Positions 12,093 through 23,673 of a DNA stretch of 64,000 nt are shown piece after piece (positions within the stretch are counted from its first letter, which is position 1; every line of letters begins with the position of its first letter). The notes under the pieces were generated by a model. It did no database searches, was not told where the DNA came from, and saw nothing but the letters and a program-made list of their open reading frames with translations. This DNA is from Octopus vulgaris. Taxonomy: Eukaryota. The stretch covers positions 114,948,001 through 115,012,000 of the forward strand of contig OX597821.1 of NCBI GenBank assembly GCA_951406725.2, read 5' to 3'. A program made the translations under genes and the position numbers.

Positions 12093-12437
12093 TATTTTCC
12101 ACTCTGTAAGGTGGTTGATGTTAGGAAGGACATCCAGTCATAAAAACCATACTAAAACAGACCTTGCCAGTGCTGGTGCCATGTAAAAAGCACCCAGTCC
12201 ATTCTGTAAAGTGGTTGGCATTAGGAAGGGCATCCAGCAATAGAAACCAAGCCAAGCAGGCCTTGTTAGTGCTGGTGCCATATTAAAAGTACCGAGTCCT
12301 TTCTGTAAAGTTGTTGGTGTTAGAAAGAGCATCCATCTGTAGAAAACATGCCGAGACAGAGCATGGTGGGGTCCTCTGGTTTGCCAGCTCCATGTCAAAC
12401 CATTCCAACCCATGCCAGCATGGAAACCAAACGTTAA

Positions 12438-12601
12438 ATGATGATGATGAGGAAGACAATCATAATGCTGATGATGATGATTATGATCATGACGACAATG
12501 ACAATAGCAACAACAATGATGATAGCGATGATGATGATGAAGATAATAATGATGATGGTGGTGGTGGTGGTGGTGGTGTTAATGATGATGATGATGATGA
12601 T
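12438..12601. repeat. (GAT)n/(GGT)n trinucleotide microsatellite grown from a SINE tail
   Basis: Follows the family A SINE end (cgttaaatgatgat); explains the poly-Asp/poly-Met ORFs. Confidence 0.9.
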
Positions 12602-12981
12602 GTGTGTAGTAACCCTTTGACTGCAAAATGGTTATTCCAGTGATGATGTTAAACATGTACAAAAAAAAACAAAACACAATTGGTATTCTCTACAAGTCAT
12701 GGCGCCTCAACAGACTTGACGTATCTCAACAAAAAACAGTTTCAAACATTACATTCCTCAACAAAAGACAGAATTCGTATATAAAACTGCTTTCTGCCAT
12801 TGAGGAGAATCTAACTTTGAAGGCCTATTTCTGACTTATCGCAGTAAAACAATTAGCATTTGTTTCTTTGTCTTTTTATAATATATATACATAAGGAAAT
12901 AGTTTAACATTAAAGCAAACAATTAATAAATACATTTTATCAGAGTAGATGTTTATGAAACTTTGACAAGGGGAAGGTTGA

Positions 12982-13023
12982 CAGTGACTTCGAAGTTTCA
13001 GCTTGTTTGCCTTTGTCAGACTG
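12982..13023 (-). ncRNA. Type I hammerhead ribozyme relic with GUC cleavage triplet
   Basis: Minus strand: cagt-CTGACAA-A-GGC-aaacaa-GCT-GAAA-CTTCGAAG-TC-actg. All three stems present; core position 8 is A instead of G. Confidence 0.6.
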
Positions 13024-13161
13024 ATTAAACGTATATATGAATATATCAGTTGAGGTGGGGGGTTGGGATGAAGGGTCAGGGAGATTTAGCAACTTTTCTA
13101 TAAATTGTGGAACGATGCGACCTTTTTATAAGAAAGAATAAACTGGCGTAAATGGCTATAC

Positions 13162-13205
<44 letters not shown>

Positions 13206-13209
<4 letters not shown>

Positions 13210-14212
13210 GATCCTTTTTCCAAGAAATCTAATGCTCGTAGCTTAGTTTTTCCTTGGGGCTGGCCGGATCGGAGCGATCTCAAGATTAATCAGCCGAAAT
13301 TGCGAGGATGATCCGGTTCTTGACTGAAGATTAGAGGCTTCAAATGACCCGTCCGTTTTTTGTGTCGTCTCTTTGAGTGTTTTGCGTTCTTGTCCCATTT
13401 TGTATTTTTATATATATATTTTTTATACATATATTATTGCGGCGTAACGTACATCTTGTTCTCTTAAGTATGTAAGCATTCCACTATTGTACGACTTCTA
13501 CACACACTTTCTCTTTACTTCACTAGTCTCTGTCTTTCTCATTTCTTGCCTCTGATTCTTTGGTCTCCTCTTTCCCCACTCTCTCACATTTCTCTGTCTT
13601 TCTCACTTTGCACCTCACTGATTCTGTCGCCAAGCAAATCCTTGGCACGCTCTCTTCTTCTCCCCTCTTTAATTCCTTCTTTCTCTCTTCTCCCCCCCTT
13701 TGGTGCCTTTGTCCCTCTTTTTCTCTCTCTCTTTGATTCCTTTGCCCCCTTTTTTTTCTCTCTCTTCTCCTCTCACGTGACCGCCGGTCAACTAGCCTTT
13801 CGGCTTCTGACCACCGCCACGACAACATCGTTTTCTTCGTCTACCGCAAAGGCATTTTTTTCCAAATACGCCAGCTAAGCTAAGTTGAACTGTCTAAAGT
13901 CGTAAGACACCCGCTGTTTTTGTCCTGTAATTACTATTATTGTTTTTTGTATTTATATTCGTGTGGCATCGTCCGTTTTTCTGTCCTTGTTTCGTATACA
14001 TTCGATCCTTTTTCCAAGAAATCTAATGCTCGTAGCTTAGTTTTTCCTTGGGGGGCTGGCCGGATCGGAGCGATCTCAAGATTAATCAGCTGAAATTGCG
14101 AGGATGATCCAGTTCTTGACTGAAGATTAGAGACTTCGAATGACCCGTCTGTTTTTTGTGTCGTCTCTTTGAGTGTTTTGTGTTCTTGTCCCATTTTATA
14201 TTTTTATATATA
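13206..14212 (+). mobile_element. Partial-tandem non-coding repeat, probably PLE terminal repeats
   Basis: ~210 bp near-identical direct repeats at 13206-13415 and 14000-14212, flanked by (TA)n and CpG-rich. Related segments at 55620-55745 (-) and 45870-46250. Confidence 0.55.
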
Positions 14213-14289
14213 TTTTTTATACACACATATATATATATATGTATATGTATGTATGCATGTGTGTGTATGTATATATATATACATATTTT

Positions 14290-14491
14290 TCTTTTATTCT
14301 TTTACTTGTTTCAGTCATTTGACTGCGGCCATGCTGGAGCACCGCTTTTAGTCAAACAAATCAACCCTCAGGACTTATTCTTTGTAAGCCTAGATCTTAT
14401 TCTATCAGCCCCTTTTGCCGAACTGCTAAGTTACAGGGATGTAAATACACCAATATCGGTTGTAAAGTGATGGTGTTGGGGACAAACACAG

Positions 14492-14525
<34 letters not shown>

Positions 14526-14690
14526 GACTGGCTTCTTTCAGTTTCTGCCTACCAAATCCACTCACAAGGCTTTGGTTGGCCCAAGGCTATAGTAGAAGAC
14601 ACTTGCCCAAGGTGCCACGCAGTGAGACTGAACCCGAAACCATGTGGTTGGTAAGCAAGCTACTTACCACACAGCCACTCCTGTGCCTAT
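14290..14690 (-). mobile_element. tRNA-headed SINE family B
   Basis: Sense head ggctgtgtggtaag...ggttcagtctcactgcgtggcaccttgggcaagtgtcttc; tail ggtgctccagcatggccgcagtcaaatgactgaaacaagtaaaag. Further copies at 46260-46660, 47435-47812, 52110-52490, 61150-61300 and 61650-61915. Confidence 0.8.
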
Positions 14691-15884
14691 TATAAATGTA
14701 TAAATATAGGTGTGGGTGTGGCTGTGTGGTAAGAAGCTTGCTTCTCAACCACATGGTTCTAGGTTCAGTGTCATCATGTGACACTTACTAAAGCCTTGGG
14801 CCCAGCAGGGCCTTGGAAATGGATTTGGTTGACAGAAACTGAATGAAGCATGTCACATATATGGGTGTGTGTGTGTGAGAGAGAGAGTGTGTTTGTGTGT
14901 GTGAGTGTGTGTGTATGTATATGTGTGTGTGTGTATTTCTTTTTGTCTGTCTTTGTCGTCCGCTACTGATTGACAACCAGTAAAAGACAGCAACGGAATA
15001 AGTACCAGACTTAACCGAAGACGTAAGTTCTGGGGTCAGATCGTTTGACAAAGAATTCTTCAAGGTGTTGCCCCAGCTGCAGTCAGATGACTAAAAGAAG
15101 CAAAAAATAAGCAATAAAAGATATACACACATATAAATAAAACAATTTGTTTGGATCATGTCAATCATGATTATTAGCTCGTTAGCTTCTAGCATGTGAC
15201 TGGCTTGTGGTTTATACTGTAGGAATATTAATTTATTAATTAATCAATCAATTAATAATGTTCTCATTTTATCATTCCATTACAAAATTAAGAATGATTA
15301 TTTAATATCGGGTCCTCCACAACTCCAATTTCTGCGATAGCATTAGAAACATATATCATGTAGTAAAGAAATATAATGAAAAGAGATAAATGGACAACAG
15401 CAGTTCAATCCATGCTATATGTGTTTCAATAGCATGGCATTTTATTTATAATTTGTGCATTATGTAATACAGGATGTTAGCCTTTTTTTCAGGCACCCAA
15501 CTGCTAAAATGATTGTGTTTGTGTGTGTGTGTGTATGCATGCATACATACATACATCACAACCCTTGAGCTGAACCTAGTAAAAAAATAAAAGAATATAT
15601 GCTACATAGAGAGAGGGGGAGAAGAGAGAAAGACAGACAGGTGGACAGAGAAACAGATAGATAAATAGATAGATGGGTTAGTGTCTTCTGCTATAGTCCC
15701 AGATCAACCAAAGCTTTGTGTGTGAATTTGGTTGATGGAAACTGAAAGAAGCCTGTCGAGTACATAATGTGTATGAGTGTGTGCCTCCATACCTTGACAT
15801 TGCATGACATCTGTGTCACCATAATGCAAGTGGATTTGACTGTTCCAGTCTTCTGTGGAAACAGTCAGGTCAAGGGGAAATATA

Positions 15885-16117
15885 TTTTTCTTTACTACTC
15901 ACAAGGGGCTAAACACAGAGAGGACAAACAAGGACAGACAATAGGATTAAGTCAATTATATCCACCCCAGTGTGTAACTGGTACTTAATTTATCGACCCC
16001 GAAAGGATGAAAGGCAAAGTCGACCTCAGCAGAATTTGAACTCGGAATGTAACGACAGACGAAATACGGCTACGCATTTCGCCCGGCGTGCTAACGTTTC
16101 TGCCAGCTCGCCACCTT
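15885..16117 (-). mobile_element. Family C SINE with 15-bp target-site duplication
   Basis: TSD TCAAGGGGAAATATA at 15870-15884 and 16118-16132; inserted inside another SINE. Confidence 0.85.
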
Positions 16118-16272
16118 TCAAGGGGAAATATAACCTTGCTTGGAAACAGGCAGAGGTTGGTGACAGGAAGGGCATCCAGCTGTAAAAAATCTAGCTGAAT
16201 GAGCTCCATCGAACCCATACAAGCATGGAAAGGTGGACATTAAAATGATCATCATGATCAAGATGATATATA

Positions 16273-17511
16273 CAGGGGTTGGATAAAATAATGGAAACAC
16301 CTTAAAATTTCAGACAAATTTATTTTAATATGGGGTAGGACTGCCTTTGGCAGTAATTACAGCTTGAATTCTACAAGGTATGGACTCATACAAAGTTTGA
16401 ATTGTTTTCAAAAGAATTTTTGTCCATTCTTCAGCTAAAACAGTCTCCAGTTCTTGTAGTGATGATGGTGGAGGATATCGACTCCTTACTTGCTTTACTA
16501 AAATGCACCATAAATGTCCAATAATATTGAGATCTGGGGACTGTAGTGGCCAGATAAGATGTTCAACTTCACTAGAATGTTCCTCATGCCATTCAGTAAC
16601 AACTTTAGTTATGTGAATTGGTGCATCATGATCCTCAAAGATTGCACTTCCCTCCAGAAACAGTTCCGCAACCAGAGGGTGAATTTGATCAGATAAAATG
16701 CTTAAATAGTCTTGTAGGGAAACCATTGGACCAGTGGATTTCCAAGATATAGCCCCCCCCCCCCCGCCCAATCATCACACATCCTCCTCCATGTTTAACA
16801 GTTGGAAGAAGGCAGTCTGGGTCAAATGCTTCTTTTGGTTGCCTCCACACGTATATTTGGCTGGTGGTCAGAAATAATGTAAAGGATGACTCATCCAATA
16901 AAATGACCTTCTTCCACTGCTCTAGGGTCCAATTCTGTAAGTTTTTACTCCACTCTAAATGCTTTGCAATGTTTGTTTTTGAAAGTAGTGGTTTTCTGAT
17001 TGCAGCCCTCCCGTATAATCCAGCTTTGTGCAGCTCCTGGCAAACATTTTTTGTGGAAACTGAGTTCTCGAGTTGGTCATTAAGCTCTACTGAAATTTTG
17101 GGAGCTGTACTTTTGTGATCCTTTCTAACAATTTGCATAAGAGTTCGACAGTCCCTTTCTGAAAGTTTTGGTTTTCTTCTGGGGTTTTGTTTCGACGAGG
17201 TTTTTCCCTTTTTCTCAAAGGCAGTCACTACTTTCGAGACAGTACTTCTTGATACACCAAACATTTTGGCTGTTTTCGTTATGCTAGTGCCAGCCATACG
17301 AGCACAAACAATTTGACCTCTTTGAAATTCTGATAGATCTGTCATTTTAATGAATTTTAATTACCTTTACCTGATGATATCTGAAAAGAAACAGCAATTT
17401 TAGCAAAGCATATTAAATCAAAAAAACATAAAAATAAACAAGCTTTTGACGGTTTTATAGATATTCCAAAATTATGATGCTAGGTGCTTCCATTATTTTG
17501 TTCAACCCCTG
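16273..17511 (-). mobile_element. Full-length Tc1-family DNA transposon, inactive
   Basis: TIRs caggggttggataaaataatggaaacacct / aggtgcttccattattttgttcaacccctg with TA on both sides. Confidence 0.95.
16325..17345 (-). pseudogene. Tc1 transposase (DD34E type), frameshifted
   Basis: MTDLSEFQRGQIV..HTH, GR.AIRKPLL, LDESSF, TVKHGGG, FEDHDAPIH, SPDLNIIGHLW. Frameshift at the poly-C run near 16753-16768; the catalytic E appears as G. Confidence 0.92.
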
Positions 17512-17513
17512 TA

Positions 17514-17529
<16 letters not shown>

Positions 17530-17545
<16 letters not shown>

Positions 17546-18290
17546 AATTAATAAATAAATAAAACATATGCACATATACACACATACATGCATGTACCCA
17601 CCTCCACATGTATATATACATGCATATATGGGTACAGGACACCAAAAAAACGTCGAACACAATGAGAAACAAAAACATAAACACAAAACCAAGGAAATGG
17701 ACATTTTTTTAAACAACAAAAAAATAGAGTACAGGACATACAAAATAAGGAAAATTCCTCTTCTTTACATGACTTCAATGAAAATTTCCTTCCTGTGAAA
17801 ATCAAATTAAATAAGATTTGAGATTTTTTTGTGGAGGGGTAAAAATGATAACAAAAACAGGACAGTAACGGCAGTACAAAATATAAACAGTAAAAGACAG
17901 GACACGGAGAATAACAGTAACACAGACAAGATGGGCTGTTAAGCCAAACGAGATGAAATTTTTTTACGAACGCTATTTTTTGAGAACGGCAGAGCAACAG
18001 ATTTTACCGTTTCTACTTGAAGGAGGCCAGGAGAGGAAAGACAGAAATAGCCATCTCATCACGTAACCGCGACGGGAGGGACGAGGAGGAGTAAGAGAAA
18101 GGGATAGTAAAAAAGGGAATGGTTGTAAAGAAAAGAATGAAGAATGAGAGAGAGAGAGGGAGAGACAGTAAGGTAGAAGAAAAGGAAAGCCAAAAGAATG
18201 AAGGCTGAGAAAGGGAGGGGAGAGAAAGGTTAAGAGTGTGCATCATTATTAATATTAAGAACAATCTTACTTAGAAATGGATGCGTTCGT
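17530..18290 (-). repeat. Dispersed non-coding repeat (same family as 48060-48480, +), possibly PLE-derived
   Basis: Shared ctcattgtgttcgacgttttttt.g.tgtcctgtacccatatatgcatgtatatatacat and aaatcttatttaattt blocks; (TA)n-associated. Confidence 0.5.
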
Positions 18291-18557
18291 TCCGTCATAT
18301 AATAAATTAATAAATAAATAAAACATTGTCGTTTAATGTCCATCTTCCAAACATGGATGGGTAGGATGGTGGACATGAGCCAACCAAGTAGAAAAACTAC
18401 CCTAGGCTACTGTGTCTGTTTTGGCAGGGTTTTTACAGTTGGATGCCCTTCCTAACACCAACCACTCTGCAGAGTGGACTTAGTGCTTTTTATATGGCAC
18501 TGGCACAGGTGAAGTTAGTTTTGGCATGATTTTTACAACTGGATGCCCTTCTTATCA

Positions 18558-18618
<61 letters not shown>

Positions 18619-19669
18619 GTATGTATATATGACTGATCTATGGCAATATGCTGTGCTTGAGAAGACCCATCAAGCCAAGTGAAATTGTAATCATGGCCGA
18701 TGCTCAGGTCACATATGCATGGCATGCAAAAAGCACCATTCAAGTGCTGGGCCTCACGGAGGCAATGTGACTGATACTAGTATCATGTAACTAGCACCTG
18801 TACCAGTTGCATGTGAAAAGCACCTATTACACTCTTGGAGTGGTTGGCATTAGGAAGAGCATCCAGCCATAGAAACCATGCCAAATCAGACTGGAGTCTG
18901 GTGCAGCCTTCCAGCTTACCAGCCTTGGTCAAACCATCCAACCTATTCCAGCATGGACTACAGACATTAAATGATGATGATGATGACGATGACCATGATA
19001 TATTTTTATAAATATATATATATATAAAACATATGTCATATAAGTATTCAAAATTCTATTGATTAATCTGTTAGTTTATCTTGATTAAGTCTGACTAAAA
19101 TATTCAGAGATACAAATATTTGAATATATAAAACAACAGTTGGCAAGCCAGTTATTGTAGTACTTCTCCCTCTTTAAGATGAACATTTTTATCTGAGAAT
19201 GAAATTCCATCTAAAAGAAAGTTATTATGAAAACAAATAACGTCTGTTGAGATTTTGTACAACTCTGAGCCAACCATTAAAAAAAAGAAAGTGATTTATT
19301 ACGTAAACACAAGACATTAAAATTTGTAAGAGAGGGTAAATGGGAGGTTTTGATCTAGTTAGACATTTTCTAACAAATATTGCTGACATAAAGGAAGAGA
19401 AACAGGGGGTGTGACAAAAAACAAAAAAAAAAACTCCCTCTGATTTACCATTATTGATAAATATTTCAATAATATACACATAATATGTTTCAGTTTACAC
19501 CATAATTTAGGAAAAATGGTAGAACATTAGCTACATGTAGATATCAGCACCACCTGCTTAACTTCACTAGCACCACACCTGTAGCCAGGTAAAATATGGG
19601 AAGTTTTTTCTGCTCTGTTCTGTTGTAAGTGTGAAAACACAGAGGAGTGATAGAAGATAGAAACGGAGG

Positions 19670-20275
19670 TGGTGATATGCACAGTAGGAGAAGAAGCATT
19701 GAGGATGAACTATGTGAGGGGAAGAATTGACAACACAGCTGAGAGTGACAAATGCAGAATGTGTGGTGAGAGGGGTGAAATGGTATGGCATGTTTTAATG
19801 GTAAGGCAGCGAGCTGGCAGAAACATTAGAACGCCAGGTGAAATGAGTATCCATATTTCGTCTGCCATTACGTTCTGAGTTCAAATTCCGCTGAGGTCGA
19901 CTTTGCCTTTCATCCTTTCAGAGTCGATTAAGTAAGTACCAGTTATGCACTGAGGTCGATATAATCGACTTAATCCGTTCGTCTGTCCTTGTTTGTCCCC
20001 TCCATGTTTAGCCCCTTGTGGGTAGTAAAGAAATAGGTATGGCACGTTGTTAGTGAATGTCTGAAATTGGAACGAAAGACAACATGACAATGTGGCAAGA
20101 ATGATCGATTGGGAGGTCTGTGGAAATTATGGATTAGAAAGATTCAAAGACATGATATGACCAAAGCCCAGAAGAAGTTACAGAGAATGAAGATTGTAAA
20201 ATCCTGTGGGAGGCAATGGTTCAGTGTGAGCATCAGATTAGACATTGGAAACCTGACATTGTTGTGGGGAACAGA
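19670..20275 (+). mobile_element. Dong/R4 LINE fragment interrupted by a family C SINE
   Basis: ALRMNYVRGRIDNTAESDKCRMCGERGEMVWHV...HDNVARMIDWEVC...ENEDCKILWE..KPDIVV. SINE 19795-20035 has TSD ggtatggcaYgtt (19782-19794 / 20036-20048). Confidence 0.8.
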
Positions 20276-20280
20276 AAGGA

Positions 20281-20510
20281 GAAGCAAACATGCAAGAGGA
20301 GATAAGTCGGGTATAGCTGATCCTGTATGGAAAAACGGAGACTGCTTCCCCCTGTGCGATGAAGTTAAAATAATAGAGAACACCAATGGAAAACTAAAAG
20401 AAGCAGCACAAATGTTAGGACACAGCAACCTCATAAGCAGAACAAGTGCAGATATGAAGAGCATATGGGAACCGGTATTAAGGAAGGATAGGAGAATATT
20501 AGATTTATAA
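20281..20510 (+). pseudogene. Penelope-like element, C-terminus of the GIY-YIG endonuclease region
   Basis: GDKSGIADPVWKNGDCFPLCDEVKIIE...KLKEAAQMLGHSNLISRTSADMKSIWEPVLRK* fits the PLE EN tail pattern KS.IA.H.W..H...W..VKI..E....K.KEA.......W.P.L. Confidence 0.7.
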
Positions 20511-20765
20511 GCCCTAAAATTCACTCCATAATTGCCCATGGGCATATGGCGTAGTGGTTAAGAGCACAAGCTACTAACCCCAAGATTCCGAGTTCAATAA
20601 TAATAATAATAATAATAATAATACCTTAGGTTCGAAATTTCCCCAAGACACCCAGGTTCAAATTTTCCCTAAGACAACTGATAAAGGCCGGAGGGTATAT
20701 CAGCTGAAATGTTGTGTTAACAACAAAACAACAAACAAGATGAGGACAAATATCTGTCAAATGTA

Positions 20766-20770
<5 letters not shown>
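20511..20770 (+). mobile_element. PLE 3' terminal repeat: tRNA-like cassette + (AAT)n + decayed hammerhead
   Basis: A box TGGCGTAGTGG at 20547-20557, truncated B box gagttcaat, (AAT)n, then CTGATAA-A-GGCCG..CAGCT-GAAA-TGTT-GTGTT at 20673-20718. Same module as 6626-6850; another partial tail at 27650-27725. Confidence 0.72.
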
Positions 20771-20798
<28 letters not shown>

Positions 20799-20799
<1 letters not shown>

Positions 20800-21128
20800 G
20801 ACTCAAAGCAGAGACTGAAGGATTTTTAATTGCAGCACAAGACCAAAGCCTCCCCACCAGAAATTACCAAAAACATATAATGAAAAGAAACATAACAAGT
20901 AACTGCATAATATGTGGAGATGGACAAGAAACAATAAATCATATTATCTCTGGCTGCCCAGTCCTGGCTAAGAAGGAATATATTCACAGACACCACAGAG
21001 TTGGGACCTACATACACTAGAAGCTATGCCAACATTATGGAATAACAACAGAAAAAAGATGGTATAGACACACACCAGAAAAGGTCACAGAAAACGAGAA
21101 AGCAACCATACTCTGGGATATGCCAATA
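20799..21128 (+). mobile_element. Dong/R4 LINE fragment directly after (TAA)n
   Basis: GLKAETEGFLIAAQDQSLPTRNY..CIICGDGQETINHIISGCPVLAKKEYIHRHHRVG..KWY-type RWYRHTPEKVTENEKATILWDMP. Confidence 0.88.
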
Positions 21129-21861
21129 GTGGTATTAAACTGACCCCAGTATTTTATTGGTATTTTATATCATTGACCCCTGAAAAATGAAAGGCCAAGT
21201 TAGTCTTTATGGGATTTGAACTCAGAATAGAAAGAAATGTCCATAACTAAATATTATAAGGTATTTTCATCCAGAATCCCAATGAATAAAGAACCACTCC
21301 CACCCCACCACCAGCCCCATCGCCATTACCATCACCACCACCACTACTATGAATATATTTTCCTCAAGGGCCCATAGAAATAGTATATTAAGATACAGTG
21401 AGAAATAGTAAAAGTTTGTTAAATAAAATAAAAAAGTGACAACAATTTGAGGAGGAAATTAAAATTCACAGAATTCATTTTTAGAATTTATTAGTTTTAA
21501 AGAAAAAAGGAAATTAAAAAATGAGGAAATCTTTTTAATGATGGTGGTGGTGGCGGTGGTGGTGACGATTTCCTTTTTTTTTCAACTGAGGAGAATATAT
21601 TTAAAATTAAGACAGTGAAATACAGAGGTGGTTGCCACTATATGGAGTTAGAGATTGAGAGAAAAAATACAAATTATGAATTGGACAGAAATTGTATAGA
21701 AATGGTAAGGTTTTTAAAAAAAATTGTTTGTACTTTATTCTTTTAATTCTTTTGTCATTGGACTGTGGCCATGCTGGGACACATCCTTGAAGGGTTTGGT
21801 CAAACAAATTGGCTCTAGAACTTACGTTTTCTCTTTATATATATATATATATAAAGTAGAT

Positions 21862-22068
21862 GTAGGCATTTTAAAATCAAGGCTGGACCTCTTCCTTTTG
21901 AGAATCCCAGAGGAACCTACCTCAAGGTAAGAGGTGCAAATGAGAGTAGCTACATCAAACTCCATTTTTCACCAATACCATATGTTAGAGGAGGCTCTCA
22001 GTAATATCAGTGTAGCAAAACGGCAGTGCTGCAGCATGGCCACAGCTCTGAGCTGAAACTACAGAAAA
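21862..22068 (+). mobile_element. LINE 3' end (CR1 group-like)
   Basis: VGILKSRLDLFLLRIPEEPTSR*EVQMRVATSNSI, followed by a 3' UTR ending cagcatggccacagctctgagctgaaactacagaaaa. Confidence 0.6.
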
Positions 22069-22369
22069 AAACCCCAGTAATTCCTGGGGGTAAAGATGTT
22101 CTATTGAAACGCTTTATTACTCTGATTTAAGAAAGCAATTTCGTTATAACTGCCACAAAAGGTGTATTTTCCATCACAAAATAGAACAAAAACTGTCAGC
22201 TAGAGGAGAGAAGTTGTCAGAGGTTGGCAAGAGAGGTCATCAGAAGTTGTCTAGAGAGGTTGTCAGAGGTTTTTGGAGGTTGGCAAGAGAAGTTGTTGTT
22301 CACAGAAAAACTATTGTTTTACCATGAGAAAAGCGCTGTTGAAGTGTTAAGTGAACTTTGGTGATCGAG

Positions 22370-23157
22370 GATTGAATCCACGCTATGCCTGCATGAAGCC
22401 GCTACAAATACGTTGTGGAATAAAAAATTTATCTACTATAATGGAGAAAGTGTAACTATAAAAATGCAGAATAATAAGAGTAATGGGCATTCAAATAAGT
22501 ATGTATGTATAGAAATGTATGAATGAAGAGATTCAAATTAAGGAAGTGCAATAATAATGTTTAGTAGTTCAAAACTGTGAGTAGTGAAATATAGAATTGG
22601 ATCAGCTGATTGTGAGAATCAAATATTGATTGCTTCATTAAAAACTGCAGGTGGTATGGGTTATTTCCCTTGGGTTGTTTAAATGAAATATTGGTAATAT
22701 GTAGCAGATAGGAGGATCCATTGGATGGACCCTATTATCAATTTTTTTCAACAATCTAAGTATGTCACGAGACATGAGTTCTACTCAATTGTCAAATAAA
22801 GTATAAAAATGATATTATCTGCAAAAATTAGAAATTGGACACACAAAAAATCAATATTCAAAGCAATCGAACATAAACAATGAAATGGGTTATTTCTCTT
22901 GAGTGTTTAAAAGAATATTGTGCAGGTGGTATGGGTTATTTCCCATGGGTGTTTAAAAAAATTAGTTATATGAGGTAGATATAAAGGTCCCTTCCAGAGG
23001 CCGTATTATCGATTTTTTCAACAATCTAAGTATGTCACTCGTTTTCCAGACATGAGTTCTACTCACGTGTCAAGTTTCATCAAAATCGATAAAACGATGT
23101 AGGAGGAGTTAGATAACAACGCCACAAACAAACACACCCACAGATTTTCCACATATG

Positions 23158-23165
<8 letters not shown>
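22370..23165 (+). mobile_element. Helentron/DINE-like non-autonomous element with internal duplication
   Basis: 3' part caagtttcatcaaaatcgat...gtaggaggagttag...acaaacaaacac runs into (TA)n. ~140 bp internal duplication at 22647-22788 / 22921-23065. Confidence 0.45.
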
Positions 23166-23200
<35 letters not shown>

Positions 23201-23556
23201 TTCACACACATACATGCACACATGTGCATGCACAAAAACACATACATGCATACACACATACATTCATACATATATACATACACACATATATACACACATT
23301 CATGCATGCATACACACATACATACTTACATACACTACACACACAAATACATTCATACATACATATATGCATACACACACACACACATACATACATACAT
23401 ACATACATACATGCATACACACACATACATACATACACTACACACATACATACATTCATACATACATATATGCATACACATACATGCACACACACAATCA
23501 CATACATACATACATACATACATACATACATACATACATACATACATACATACATG
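23160..23556. repeat. Long compound (TA)n/(CA)n/(TACA)n microsatellite
   Basis: Directly visible. Confidence 0.95.
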
Positions 23557-23673
23557 TATATGGCAATGCATACAATACCAACTTGATATAATCTCAGAAA
23601 TGGTTCCAATATATTCTCCTGAGAATAATGATTCAAGGAATTTTCTGGCCATGTCTTAAATGCCATCAACTGT

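Noticed and set aside
12311-12643. Asp-rich 110-aa ORF
   Set aside because: Made of a SINE 3' end plus an expanded (GAT)n tail.
20541-20598. tRNA gene
   Set aside because: Has A/B-box and anticodon-arm-like parts, but no complete acceptor stem, and it is embedded in a repeat; treated as a tRNA-derived cassette.
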